Positions 14,916 to 26,169 of a stretch of 64,000 nucleotides of DNA are shown piece by piece. The notes below the pieces were generated by a model. That model saw only the letters and a list, made by a program, of their open reading frames with translations. It made no database searches and was not told the DNA's origin. Origin of the DNA: Octopus sinensis. Lineage: Eukaryota. Within the stretch, counting starts at the first letter, position 1, and each line of letters opens with the position of its first letter. The translations under genes were made by a program, and so were the position numbers. The stretch is from contig NC_043012.1 of the NCBI RefSeq assembly GCF_006345805.1, positions 51,088,001 through 51,152,000 of the forward strand, in the 5' to 3' direction.

Positions 14916-15314
14916 GGCGCAGGAGTGGCTGTGTGGTAAGTAGCTTGCTTACAAACCATATGGTTCTGGGTTCAGTCCTACTGCGTGGAATCTTGGGCAA
15001 GACTATAGACTCGGGCCAACCAAAGCCTTGTGAGTGGATTTGGTAGACGGAAACTGAATGAAGCCCATCGTATATAGGCATATATATATATATATGTATG
15101 TGTGTATATGCTTGTGTATGTATGTGTTTGTCCCCCCAACATCACTTAACAACCGACGCTGGTGTGTTTACATCTCCGTAACTTAGCGGTTCGGCAAAAT
15201 TGACCGATAGAATAAGTACTAGGCTTACAAAGAATAAGTCCTGGGGTCGATTTGCTCGACTAAAGGCGGTGCTCCTGCATGGCCACAGTCAAAGAATTGA
15301 AACAAGTAAAAGAG
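14916..15314 (+). mobile_element. tRNA-derived SINE family A (CORE-like cttgggcaag block), near full length
   Basis: ggcgcaggagtggctgtgtggtaag (A box), gggttcagtcc (B-box-like), internal (TA)n/(TG)n tract, tail ctaaaggcggtgctcc...gaaacaagtaaaagag; four further copies in the window. Confidence 0.92.
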
Positions 15315-16381
15315 TTGTTTCACCTTCTGTCATCTGAAGAGGGTTCATCACTTAGAAGATGCTTCCTATAACATACCATCAGTATGTTATGTTAAGTGTG
15401 AAAGTTTCGTTTACTACGTTATGAGTGCTACTGCCCTCTTCATACACAACTAAATCTTCTCCATATACTTGTTCAGTCATTTTAACGAGATGGTTATTAG
15501 ACGTATCAGAATTTTTTACTATCCTAGGACACTAGACAAACGAGAGATTTTAGTTATAATGACTTTGAGTCATGAAATTTAGACCTATTTTGTAAGAATT
15601 TCAGGTATTATGTAACTTCCATCTATACTCGGTTTATGATTATTACCTGATAGTTTCAGAATCTGTATACAGAACAATTATGAAGTCCTTTTCATTTACA
15701 TCATTTCACAACATTATTTGGTTGTAGCGAATCATTTTTTATTCATATTACTTTATTGCTTTTTGAGCTGCAATATTAGACAAAAACCTTTATTCAAAGC
15801 GAGTCTAGATATGTTTATCTACAGTAAATTTATTAAGAACACGAATCAAATATTAAAAATCGCATCAAGTTAATTTCTCTCAATAAACATATTGGGTAAA
15901 TACACATATTTATTATCTAAATTATTTAGTTTCTTTATAGTTTATATTTTCTAACGATGACAATGCAATAAATATTCCTAACATAATTTATTTCGGAGAT
16001 TTAATAACCCAACAGTCGAAAATATGAAAATTAAAAACTAATTACTCATGTGTTGATTGTATTTCAATTGTTTTAATCTAAATTAAGCAGAATTAATAAT
16101 TGCCAAATATTCAAAGCCTTGAATTCTATCATTCAATACAAAGACTAAGTTAATTTGTACATTTATAATGTGTGTACATAAAATTTAAAATTCGGTTTCT
16201 ATCTACGAAAGTCAACTTAATACTATTTATTTATAAACAAAATTCGATTAGAAGAACTTCATTACAAGCTTCGAATAATGTTACATTTTAACATAAAATG
16301 ACGAGTGGAATAATTGCGACAATTTTTAACAGATTCAAATATCTACAGAACTGTTGCAATCATTATCTAGTAATATATATA

Positions 16382-16451
<70 letters not shown>

Positions 16452-16469
16452 TCTAAGTCTCTATAAAGG

Positions 16470-16610
16470 CGACTTCGGCAGCGGTACTGGATATTAATAG
16501 TTATTGCCAAGCTAATATGGCAATCCATAAATGTAGGACGAAAGCTGCTGCTGATTAGCTCCAAGAGGTCGTCGCCTCTAGCTAGCTGTATGACGCTCGA
16601 ACCTGTGTCC
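16470..16610 (+). repeat. Dispersed structured repeat (homologous to one arm of the 60457-60604 palindrome)
   Basis: tattgccaagctaatatggcaatcc...attagctccaagagg aligns with tactgtcaacttaatgtgacagtccc...atttagcactaggaag. Confidence 0.6.
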
Positions 16611-16629
16611 ATATATATATGTATGTATA

Positions 16630-16830
16630 CAGTAGGGAGGGGAGAACTCACGAAAAAAAAAACAAAAGACGAAGACGTGTGGTGTAGACAACAAACAGAT
16701 GTATTAGTTTAACGCTCGGAAATTAAAAAGTCCTTAATGTTTCGAGCTTACGCTCTTCCACAGCGGGGAGCACATAATGAATCAAGGAGAGAAAATAAAG
16801 AATGTGTAGTGGCTAGCGATCTATCTTGAC
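16630..16830 (-). mobile_element. Penelope-like terminal fragment with degenerate hammerhead motif at 16730-16770
   Basis: Minus strand reads CTGTGGA-A-GAGC-gtaa-GCTC-GAAACATT-AAGGAC: stem II intact, core altered; same family as 33657-34170. Confidence 0.65.
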
Positions 16831-18810
16831 GAATAAACATATATATATATATATATGTATATGTGTGTGTGTTTATATATGTAGCTATGTATGTGTATAT
16901 ATATGCACATATATACATATATATAAACTCATGTGTCTATACATATGTATGCATATATATATATATATGCATACAGTTATATATATACATACCATATGCT
17001 ATATAATATATGTGTGTATGTGTATTTGTGTATGGTGCCTGAGTAAATGCCTCTGTATTCATTGTATGCTTATACTCCATCAATTATTGTCAAGATCATT
17101 TGCATTTGACCTGTTTCCTTATTTCCTTTATTCTTTTTCTGACATTCATTCCTTTACAATAGTAACATACTGGTCTTGATATATACCTTTTCAAAGAAAT
17201 TTATTCAAACTTCGTCATAAACAACAATTATGTAAAACAATGAAAACCTACAATTTTTAGTCATGTAATTGAAAGATAATGGTGGAGAGAAATCAAAATT
17301 ATCTTTCTTGTGTTTCAGACATGTCCTTTTACGTACCTCTGTGTGATACAGAAGGTACATCCTTCACTCATAATGCAACTCTCTATATAGAGTAGAATGC
17401 AAATAATAAAGCAGATGTGAGATTGAATGTCCTCGAAATCTTTGATTGCTCCCTTCTCGACGATCAAATACTGGAAGAATAAAGCTAATGTTCATCTATT
17501 TTCTGAACTATTTGCATTCCACTGAGATATGAGTTTTGTACTCAATATTGAAACCAATCAATATAAAACCAATTATAGTATTTAATCATAGGTGCAACTT
17601 ACACACTCAATATGTCAGGAAAAGAAATATGTTACAAATAATAATTTCTAAATTTGTAGACATTCTATTAGAAAACGACTTCACGTTATAACGCATGAAG
17701 TTTTTCTCTAATTGCATTAATATATCTTCATATAATTTCTATGTGAAAATATTAAGCACAACTATTAGCCTGACATATTGGTGGCAATTCATTGAAAAAT
17801 TTACGGTAGGAAATGAATTCGTAATGAACAACTATTACAGTTATATGAAATTGTGAAGAATATGGAGAAATTTTATTATTAAAACGAATCTCTTGAATTA
17901 TACTTAGAAAGCTATGAAGCCTCTACACTATGGATCCCTCAGCTTACAATAGCAGCCAAATTTATAAATCGTACCACTTAACCTGAAAAGAGAAAAATGA
18001 TAACATATGTAACCTACTTTATCCCTTCCCAAATAACTTGCATAGTAAACTGAGTTTTAAAAAATGTTAACTTACAGAAAGATGTAAAATTTTGTGTAGG
18101 TGTAATGCATATATTCTAATATTTCAATTATACCGTTTCGATGGCAATATGAACAAAATTATTTATGCTATGATTTTGCTGTTAACGTGAAACAAGTTTT
18201 GCAAGTGCTATTATGTCGTATAACATCGAAACCATTATTATTATTGAACCTATTTTCCGAATGAATCCATATATCGCCAGAAAAAAAGCTTGTAACCAAA
18301 TCTCTCCTTGAAAAGGAAATATGTAAAGAACTAACGTTTGACCATAGGGTCCATTGGCAGAAATGTGATATGTAGTTAAACAGATAATCGATACGACGGT
18401 CTATAATATTTCATAAGGTCTGGATCACCGAAAGAGAAATAAACAATACTCAGATATTCGAGATCATAATAGAAACACGTTCTGTTAATTTACGTACGAA
18501 CATTTTTTGCTTTGTATTATAAAAGTTTCTTTCGCATGATTCAGTAAATTCCGAAAGATTATATTCAATGTCGCTTACAATTACCTTGCACTCGGTTTTC
18601 ACGACGGTTCTCTCTTAAATAATCCATCACATTGTGTGCATTTATGCATGCACATATGCAGGCACACAGGCGGAGACACACTGACACACACACACACAAG
18701 CACATATGTAAATATATATGTTTATATACAAATGTGTATATATGCATAATATATAAAAACACACACACTAAATCACACACATGGACACACACATACACAC
18801 ATACATAGGA

Positions 18811-18829
<19 letters not shown>

Positions 18830-18882
<53 letters not shown>

Positions 18883-18892
18883 GTGTGTGTGC

Positions 18893-18969
<77 letters not shown>

Positions 18970-18988
18970 CATATATATGTGTGTGTGC

Positions 18989-19038
<50 letters not shown>

Positions 19039-19070
19039 TATATATACATATATATGTATGTATATATATA
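18830..19070. repeat. Tandem duplication (about 99-bp period) of a compound (AT)n/(GT)n tract
   Basis: atacatatatatgtgtgtgtgcgtgtgtgtgtatata occurs at about 18868 and about 18967. Confidence 0.85.
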
Positions 19071-19894
19071 ACGTGTGGATAATTAGATTCAAACGTAAAA
19101 ATTTAGGGTAGTAAAATGCTTTAGAATTCAATTAAAAATCTGTAATAAATGCCAGCTCCCTATACATATACTCACACACAAATGCATGCACATTGGCGCC
19201 GTCACACAATTCACTTCTCTCCCATAATTTCTCTCTTTTTCTTTCTCTCTCTTTCTCTCTCTTTGCATATATATGTTTGTGTTTGTATATGCGTCCGCGT
19301 GTATATATGTATATGGGAGGGCCGGTAGTGGTTTGTACATGTGTGTGTAATCTTCGCATCAAGAACAGTTAATTTATTGCACAAAACTTTTGTACGATGT
19401 ATATTATAAATGTGTATAACCCCGAAACTCGAAAGATATGGCTCACTACAATTTAATTAAAATTCGAATCTAAAAGAACAAAATATTTTATTGTCGAATA
19501 ATAAATATTAAATATTATTTATATGCGTTGCAATCTATATATTTATAGGGAAAACATCGCTATAAATATCAGAATGTTGTCTATTATATATGATTTTGCT
19601 TATCTGAGTAATTAAACAGTTTTGCATATTTCATCCAATGCCGCTGAATAGGATTCTCCTTTAGTCTGTTCGTTCCTTCATACGACTCTTCGAACGTCTA
19701 CAATTGCAAAACAAGGTAGAATAAAGCTTTTATTCTCTGAACATTTCTTTCCATTCAAATTAAAGTGTTGAGTAGTCTATATATCATTTACATACACCCG
19801 AAAACATTATGCCTACGTACACGCGCATATGCATATATATATATGGATATATGCATATATATATATATGTATATATATGCACATATATATATAA

Positions 19895-19968
<74 letters not shown>

Positions 19969-19980
19969 TATATATATGTA

Positions 19981-20643
19981 TATAATTTACAAAATAAGGG
20001 CAAAAGAAAAATTCTAATGCCAAATATGCCTAAGAAAGACAAAAATTGTCAAATAACCATTATAATTTTTCTTTTGCCCTTACTTTGTAAATTATTTATA
20101 AATTTAACCTTTAAAGGTATTTTTTGATATGCTGGCCATCGATAAAATTTTTTTCCCGAAATAATTTTTATCCTACATTAGTTATAAATAGAATAGTGTT
20201 CACTTCCGGATTCTGTCACTCTGTGAAAGTTTCTAGTTCGAATCACACGTGTCTCGAGATGTGCCGAAGATTTTCTATTTTGGATATATTTGGGCTACTT
20301 AGGTCTGCTCAGGACTTGGTGCTTGCTTTTTCCGTGGGTATGAATAAGTATTTCACTTATATCTTAAGTATTTGCCGCTGAAGATGGGAAAATTCTATGA
20401 ATTAACCCCGAAATTGGACCAATAGGGTAATGACGAACTTTTTAGAAATTTCTATCGGTTTGTTTCGAGACGCATAAATTATAATGGTTATTTGACAATG
20501 TTTGTCTTACTTTCGGCATATTTGGCATTAGAATTTTTCTTTTGCCCTTATTTTGTAAATTATTTATAAATTTAACCTTTAAAGGTATTTTTTGATATGC
20601 TGGCCATTGATAAAATTTTTTTCCCGAAAAAATTTTATCCTAC

Positions 20644-20648
<5 letters not shown>
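19981..20648 (+). mobile_element. Non-coding Penelope-like/retrozyme-like insertion: partial tandem of a ~468-nt unit with an inverted 5' segment
   Basis: 20064-20180 is a direct repeat of 20532-20647; 19982-20068 is the reverse complement of 20476-20563; hammerhead core at 20372-20430; (AT)n on both sides. Confidence 0.75.
20372..20430 (+). ncRNA. Type I hammerhead ribozyme (predicted)
   Basis: UUGCC(G)-CUGAAGA-U-GGG..AAUUC-UAU-GAAUU..CCC-C-GAAA-UUGG-A-CCAAU-A-(G)GGUAA. Full CUGANGA/GAAA core, AUA cleavage triplet, stems I, II and III pairable; G.G mismatch at the base of stem I. Confidence 0.7.
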
Positions 20649-20688
<40 letters not shown>

Positions 20689-20691
20689 GTA

Positions 20692-20723
<32 letters not shown>

Positions 20724-20759
20724 CATACATGTCTGCTTGTAAATGTGTATGTTTTTTTT

Positions 20760-21067
20760 ATTTATGCGCCCTTTCAAGCCTACCCAGGCCCATGGCCCCG
20801 GTTCGCCGGTTTCTGTGGCCTTTGTGTTCCTCCCAGCTGGACGGGACGCCAGTCCATCGCAGCGTTACTCAAGAAACAGGAAGAAAGCGTCAGAGAACGT
20901 TGGGACGAAAGAGAATAACAGGGGTTGCCACCACCTCCTGCCGGAGTCTCCTGGAGCTTCCGTTGTGTTTTCGCTCAATAAACGCACACAACACCCGGTC
21001 TGGGAATCGAAACCGCGATCCGTCGACCGTGTGTTCGCTGCCGTAACCACTGGGCCATTGCGCCTCC
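20760..21067 (-). mobile_element. SINE with family C tRNA head and a different, V-SINE-like 3' tail
   Basis: Head is homologous to the 8402 copy, but the tail reads (minus) gcgatggactggcgtcccgtccagctggg... Confidence 0.85.
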
Positions 21068-21119
21068 TCTATATGTGTATGTACAAACAAAATAATTTTC
21101 TCATGTATGTATTTAATTT

Positions 21120-21385
21120 TTTCTCTTTATTATATCAAGCATTAACAGATGAGAGTGGGGTTCCAGCCAGAGTAAGTTTCATCTATGCAATCGTCAGTAA
21201 TCAAAGACGGGTCGAAACACTAACTTGATTTCCAGTTCTCGATATATTAGGCTTATCCGATGGTTTGCATTATACAGCAGTAATTGGCTTAACTACGTAA
21301 AATACATGATTATTTTCATTCTTTCTTGAACGTTTACTTTAATTTCTCTCTCACACTGTTTCCTCTTTGTACCCTGTATATATAT
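21120..21385 (+). mobile_element. Repeat segment A (probable Penelope-like terminus), source of the inverted copy at 21810-22019
   Basis: 21175-21385 is the reverse complement of 21810-22019 with about one internal mismatch; contains CTGACGA-N10-GAAAC on the minus strand. Confidence 0.7.
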
Positions 21386-21388
21386 ATA

Positions 21389-21438
<50 letters not shown>

Positions 21439-21562
21439 TATATATACTTGCCTTCAAATACAAACACGGACACACACGCACACACTCATGCATACATATA
21501 GCGAGACAGTGAGGATTTGAAAGAGAGAGAGATGAATAGTTATATATATATATATATATAAT

Positions 21563-21803
21563 AAATATTAGGGAATAAATCCAAATTTACAGGGAAAAAA
21601 ATCAGATTTAGGATTAAATCGATTTTATAGTAAAATATTATAAAATATTATTCGAGACAAAACCACTATTTTGCAAAACAAACAAGGAAAGACTTAATCA
21701 ATACATAAATTTTAATAAATAGTCAAAAAAACCGCCACTACAATCGTTTCTTGTCTTGATCGACAATCTTCAGGTGGACTTCCAATAATTCAGTGTCAAA
21801 TTA
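21563..21803 (-). mobile_element. Hammerhead-bearing short non-coding retroelement (family B), ending in ccctaatat + (AT)n
   Basis: Same family as 22024-22190, 32256-32416 and 32418-32665; ribozyme at 21735-21777 on the minus strand. Confidence 0.8.
21735..21777 (-). ncRNA. Minimal type I hammerhead ribozyme (predicted)
   Basis: Exact reverse complement of 22052-22094. Confidence 0.8.
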
Positions 21804-22051
21804 TATATATATATATATACAGGGTACAAAGAGGAAACAGTGTGAGAGAGAAATTAAAGTAAACGTTCAAGAAAGAATGAAAATAATCATGTATTTTACG
21901 TAGTTAAGCCAATTACTGCTGTATAATGCAAATCATCGGATAAGCCTAATATATCGAGAACTGGAAATCAAGTTAGTGTTTCGACCCGTCTTTGATTACT
22001 GACGATTGCATAGATGAAATTATTATAATTTGACACTGAATTATTGGAAGT

Positions 22052-22094
22052 CCACCTGAAGATTGTCGATCAAGACAAGAAACGATTGTAGTGG
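22052..22094 (+). ncRNA. Minimal type I hammerhead ribozyme (predicted)
   Basis: CCAC-CUGAAGA-UUGUC-gaucaa-GACAA-GAAAC-gauu-GUA-GUGG: canonical core, 5-bp stem II, 2-bp stem III with tetraloop, GUA cleavage triplet (22088-22090), stem I CCAC/GUGG. Confidence 0.82.
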
Positions 22095-22181
22095 CGGTTT
22101 TTTTTGACTATTTATTAAAATTTATGTATTGATTAAGTCTTTCCTTGTTTGTTTTGCAAAATAGTGGTTTTGTCTCGAATA

Positions 22182-22276
<95 letters not shown>

Positions 22277-22449
22277 AACAGACAAACAGACAGATGGATT
22301 GATGGACCTGCAGCCTATGTATAAGAAAAAACTTATCGTCACACAAACCCATAATTTAAGGGCATTTAATAATTTATATGGGACTGAATTCTAAGTAAGA
22401 TATATATTACGAATCAAAATGGAAAATAGAGTTTATCTTCATGCTATCA

Positions 22450-23350
22450 TATATGGAAAAAGGAGTCTCAAAGTTGAGGTTCATGGATGTGCCATAATAT
22501 CAGGGGCTGGTGATGACTGTATTGCTCCTAAAGGAGGTAAGACAAAATTGCAAGTTCCCCAGGTATGACACGAAAATGTTGGAATTTTAGTTATGGAGCT
22601 ATAAATAGAAACGAATCGAGAGATGGTTGATGACATCCCTGAACTAATTGAATCACATGGCACTTGATTTGTCGTGAATGTAAAAGGCAGAGGACTAAGT
22701 ATTGCATTTATGGCATGATCAATAAACCAAGGGTTTTCTATCAACTGTAATCGATTTGAAGTGTTACCAAGAATATGACATATAGAAACAAGGTAAGTAG
22801 AAGTAATAGGTAACCATTTTAATTGTAAAAACAACCGTAAGAACTGCAACAGTAAAATCAATAGTAACTGCAACAAAAGAAGCAGGAAAAGGAAGAACAA
22901 CGGCAAAAGCTACATTAACAGCAACTTAAACAACACTGGAGGTGGAAGTTCCAAGCAAGCTAGAAACAGAACACACAATGACATTAAGAACAAAAGAAAT
23001 ATCATCGGATTCAACACCAGAATGCCCCCAGCACATACACAACACGACTACATATACTATTCTTTCTTTACATCAGTCAGATATCTTCTGCTTTATAAAT
23101 ATAGGAAAGAAGGGGGAAAAAGGACAAGAAATATGCACTCAGAAAAGGCGGTGAAATTTCAAAGATGGAGACTAGAAAGAAGTACAATTTCAACAACAAC
23201 AAAGAGAAAACAGCGTCAGTACTCGTCACCATAACGAGTGTAGGCAACAACATATTCATCCGAACAAACAATAAAGGGTAACAAACAAAAATATAAATTT
23301 CATGGGCGTAGAGAAGCATCTGTATACGAACTGTATACGTACGTCATTCT
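22450..23350 (+). mobile_element. Probable decayed gag-like ORF1 relic of a non-LTR retrotransposon
   Basis: Stop-riddled reading ...MEL*IETNREMVDDIPELIESHGT*FVVNVKGR... followed by an A/C-rich Thr/Lys/Asn-type linker; resemblance only, no definitive motif. Confidence 0.4.
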
Positions 23351-24804
23351 ACAAACATTGCCGAAAATGATTACATGGTGCTAACATTTAAACAACCAAG
23401 CACAGAACAAGAACAGCACAAAAGATTATGGCTGCTGCATAATTGTAGATTCGATCGCATGTCTTTCAACAGCACAGTAGGCCTTTGGACGGACTGACAT
23501 TTTGCATTACCAGGGGTCTAGTTTCATTCTAATCTCCTGTTTAAGAAGTAATGGGATGACATGCCCTAAAACAGTCTAGATTCATCCAGAAATGACTCAA
23601 TGTGAGCTATCTTTGGAAGGTTAATCCCAGGTGGCGAAAGTATGCATTGCCTTTCTTATCTATCGCTGGGTAAACGTGATGGCAAGCCGTAGTTCCAGTC
23701 CGACCGCAGTCTAATGTCTTCTTTTAGGCTTTCTATGTGAGGGACAAATATTGGTCAGGAATTCCAACACTGCAAATATTTCTACTACACAGTTATACCA
23801 AAATCAAATTTTCAGTAATATATTTCGGCAAATCAATTTGGAATACTAGCAGAAGTGTGAAGGCGACTGGTTATATACACACTGCTATTGACGCTATTTA
23901 GACTCGCGTGAAACCTATTGCAATAATCGCATATTCAAGGGATTTGCAGCCGTTATCATAAAACTGTTTAGAAGTTTGTATGACCATGTTATATAATGTA
24001 TCATTTGTAACAGGATGATATTTGATTTCATTTCTATTTTGCATCCACTTTTAGCATGTAGAATTCTAGTAGCTAAACGATTATGGTTCTGCTAGCAAAT
24101 GCTAATCTCAGTTTCTTTTAATATCTTATATATGGATATATAAGATGATGCTTACTATTTCGAAAACAATAAAATATGAAGCTTCAAGTGATATTTTCAG
24201 TATTAATCCTTCCAATTTCAAATGACTTGTCACTATATATTAGAATGCTAATTTACTTCGGTATATTTGTGATAGATTCCTACTGATCTATTTCCTTTTC
24301 TATAATTACTGTTGGCACAAATTTCGTTTTTCATCACTTCAAACGGCATAAATGTCGATTTATTTTCACTTCCTGTTTATTTCATTCTTATTTCTTTAAA
24401 ATGACGCCTTCATCATCATCTCTATTTATGATCAAATTAAGAAAGAAATAAAAAAAATGCCAATAATGACTATTGGCGCCGTAATCAGTGTTTATCACGA
24501 AATCTCAACAGCATTATTAATGTTTTATTCTTGTTATTATCAATAGTAGTAAGTGACCGGAACAAGATAACTCTCTATGAAAACGGTTAGAATATTGGTG
24601 CATCGGTACATGGGATCTAAGGCTGGCTAGAGGAATTTCAGATATAAAATTCATGAAGAGTATATGGAAAGACATGAAATTCGTCACTTATTCCAAGCGA
24701 TGTTGATCGATGGAGGACTTTTATATTAATATATCAGCAACAATAACAATTGTACCGTGAGGAGGAACAGAAGCTAAAATATCTAACTTCGATGGAAATT
24801 GGGT

Positions 24805-25300
24805 AAGATGGCGGTGCTGTATCAGAAAATCTTGGTATCGAAATACAGCCGAATTTCCTGGACTCGGAGAGTTAGTTGGTGATTCTGACTGTGAACGGTT
24901 ACAACGGAGGTACCTACAGTGTTATCGCTCAGACTGGCCAGGGGCGACCAGGTATCTTCAGGAATCTGGATGTTTGCGTTTGGTTCGTCAAGACTGTCTT
25001 TTGCATGCACTGAATCTAGAGGTAATACTTTAGTAGCTGGATGATTGTGTGGTATTTCACATGAACTATGATGTAGAATATCCCGTTTTCCATATGTGTT
25101 CAATGTCACTGTACCAGTACCTGAAACAGTACACACCCAAGGGATCAGTATTGCTCTAAAGGAATGTAGTGGTGTCAGGAGTAAAATGTAACCAAAAGAC
25201 CTTGATCCTGAGATTCTGCTACTGGCGGTGCTTATTCATGATATTTAACAGTGTTCTGAAGCGTTGTTGAAACACCAGTGAGATACCGGTGAGGCATCGG
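24805..25300 (+). mobile_element. L1/Tx1-type AP-endonuclease fragment, decayed
   Basis: Frameshifted reading AVLYQK..NLGIEIQPNFLDSES*LVILTVNGYNGGTYSVIAQTGQGRPGIFRNLDV..FGSSR resembles the central strands of the L1/Tx1 EN domain; homologous to 42310-42620. Confidence 0.65.
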
Positions 25301-25579
25301 AGTTCATTTTGTTCAGCTATCCATGTAGAAAAATTTGGGAAGAAGGAGCGTGCAGAGTATTTTGTCTCATACAAAAATGGAGAGCAGGAATATGTCCCTG
25401 AAGTTTCGAGTGAAGCTCCGAAAGCCTAAATCACATGTAGCATCTGCTGCGACCTGAACAAGTTAGAAGTTGAACTTGGTATTATGACAGGGGAGCCACA
25501 TATTTGGTTTTCCACCATATATCGTTCCAGAGAATGTTTAAGAAAACAGGAAAATTATAAATTTGTTTTACCATCATCA

Positions 25580-25692
25580 TAATCATCATCGTCGTCATCA
25601 ACATCACCCTCATCATCGCCGCCGCAACCACCACCACCATCATCACCATCAGCATTATTATCATCATCATCATCATTATTATTATTATTATG

Positions 25693-25728
<36 letters not shown>

Positions 25729-25790
25729 GAATGAGAGAGCAGTGCATGCCATCAAAGTGACACTGGGAAGTATATGAAGCCCAGTATACC

Positions 25791-25830
<40 letters not shown>
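25580..25830. repeat. (CAT)n/(CAC)n/(ATT)n microsatellites enclosing a ~60-bp retroelement 3' end
   Basis: Read directly; gaatgagagagcagtgcatgccatcaaagtgacactggg lies between two (ATT)n runs. Confidence 0.8.
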
Positions 25831-26165
25831 GATAGACATCGCACAGTATACAATATCGTGAGTTTGTTGGTTGAAGATATTGCGTCTGCCGTGGTTTGTA
25901 CTATCGGTCAAATCACAATAAAGACCTCCGACAGACAGTACATCACGCAATATGCGTGCAGTTCCAAGTATGCCGACTTTTGCAATGCACCTAGATTGTA
26001 GGTTATTTCTAATGTCACCGGATGTTTTTTCAGATTAGGTTGTATTGAACCCAATGCTCCGACGACAATAGGGATAACCTTTATGTTTGTCTCTCGTAGC
26101 TGCCACATCTTAGCGATTTCAATTCTCAGGTCTCCTTATTTTTGTCCCTTATTATCGTTGTTGGT
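25830..26165 (-). mobile_element. 3' end of an R4/Dong-like non-LTR retrotransposon (restriction-like endonuclease C-terminus)
   Basis: DLRIEIAKMWQLRETNIKVIPIVVGALGSIQPNLKKH...LQKSAY/LGTARILRDVLSV is the typical RLE C-terminal pattern; ends in (TAA)n. Confidence 0.85.
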
Positions 26166-26169
26166 GTAG

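Noticed and set aside
14916-14990. tRNA-like A/B boxes here and at 8640-8703, 21000-21067 and 47370-47445
   Set aside because: They are SINE heads with no complete cloverleaf, so not tRNA genes.
16466-16480. cttcggcagc resembles the U6 snRNA 5' stem
   Set aside because: Only 10 nt match; the rest of U6 is absent.
17319-17354. 36-nt candidate micro-exon (tttcttgtgtttcag|...aag|gtacat)
   Set aside because: Good acceptor but weak donor; no homology or partner exons to support it.
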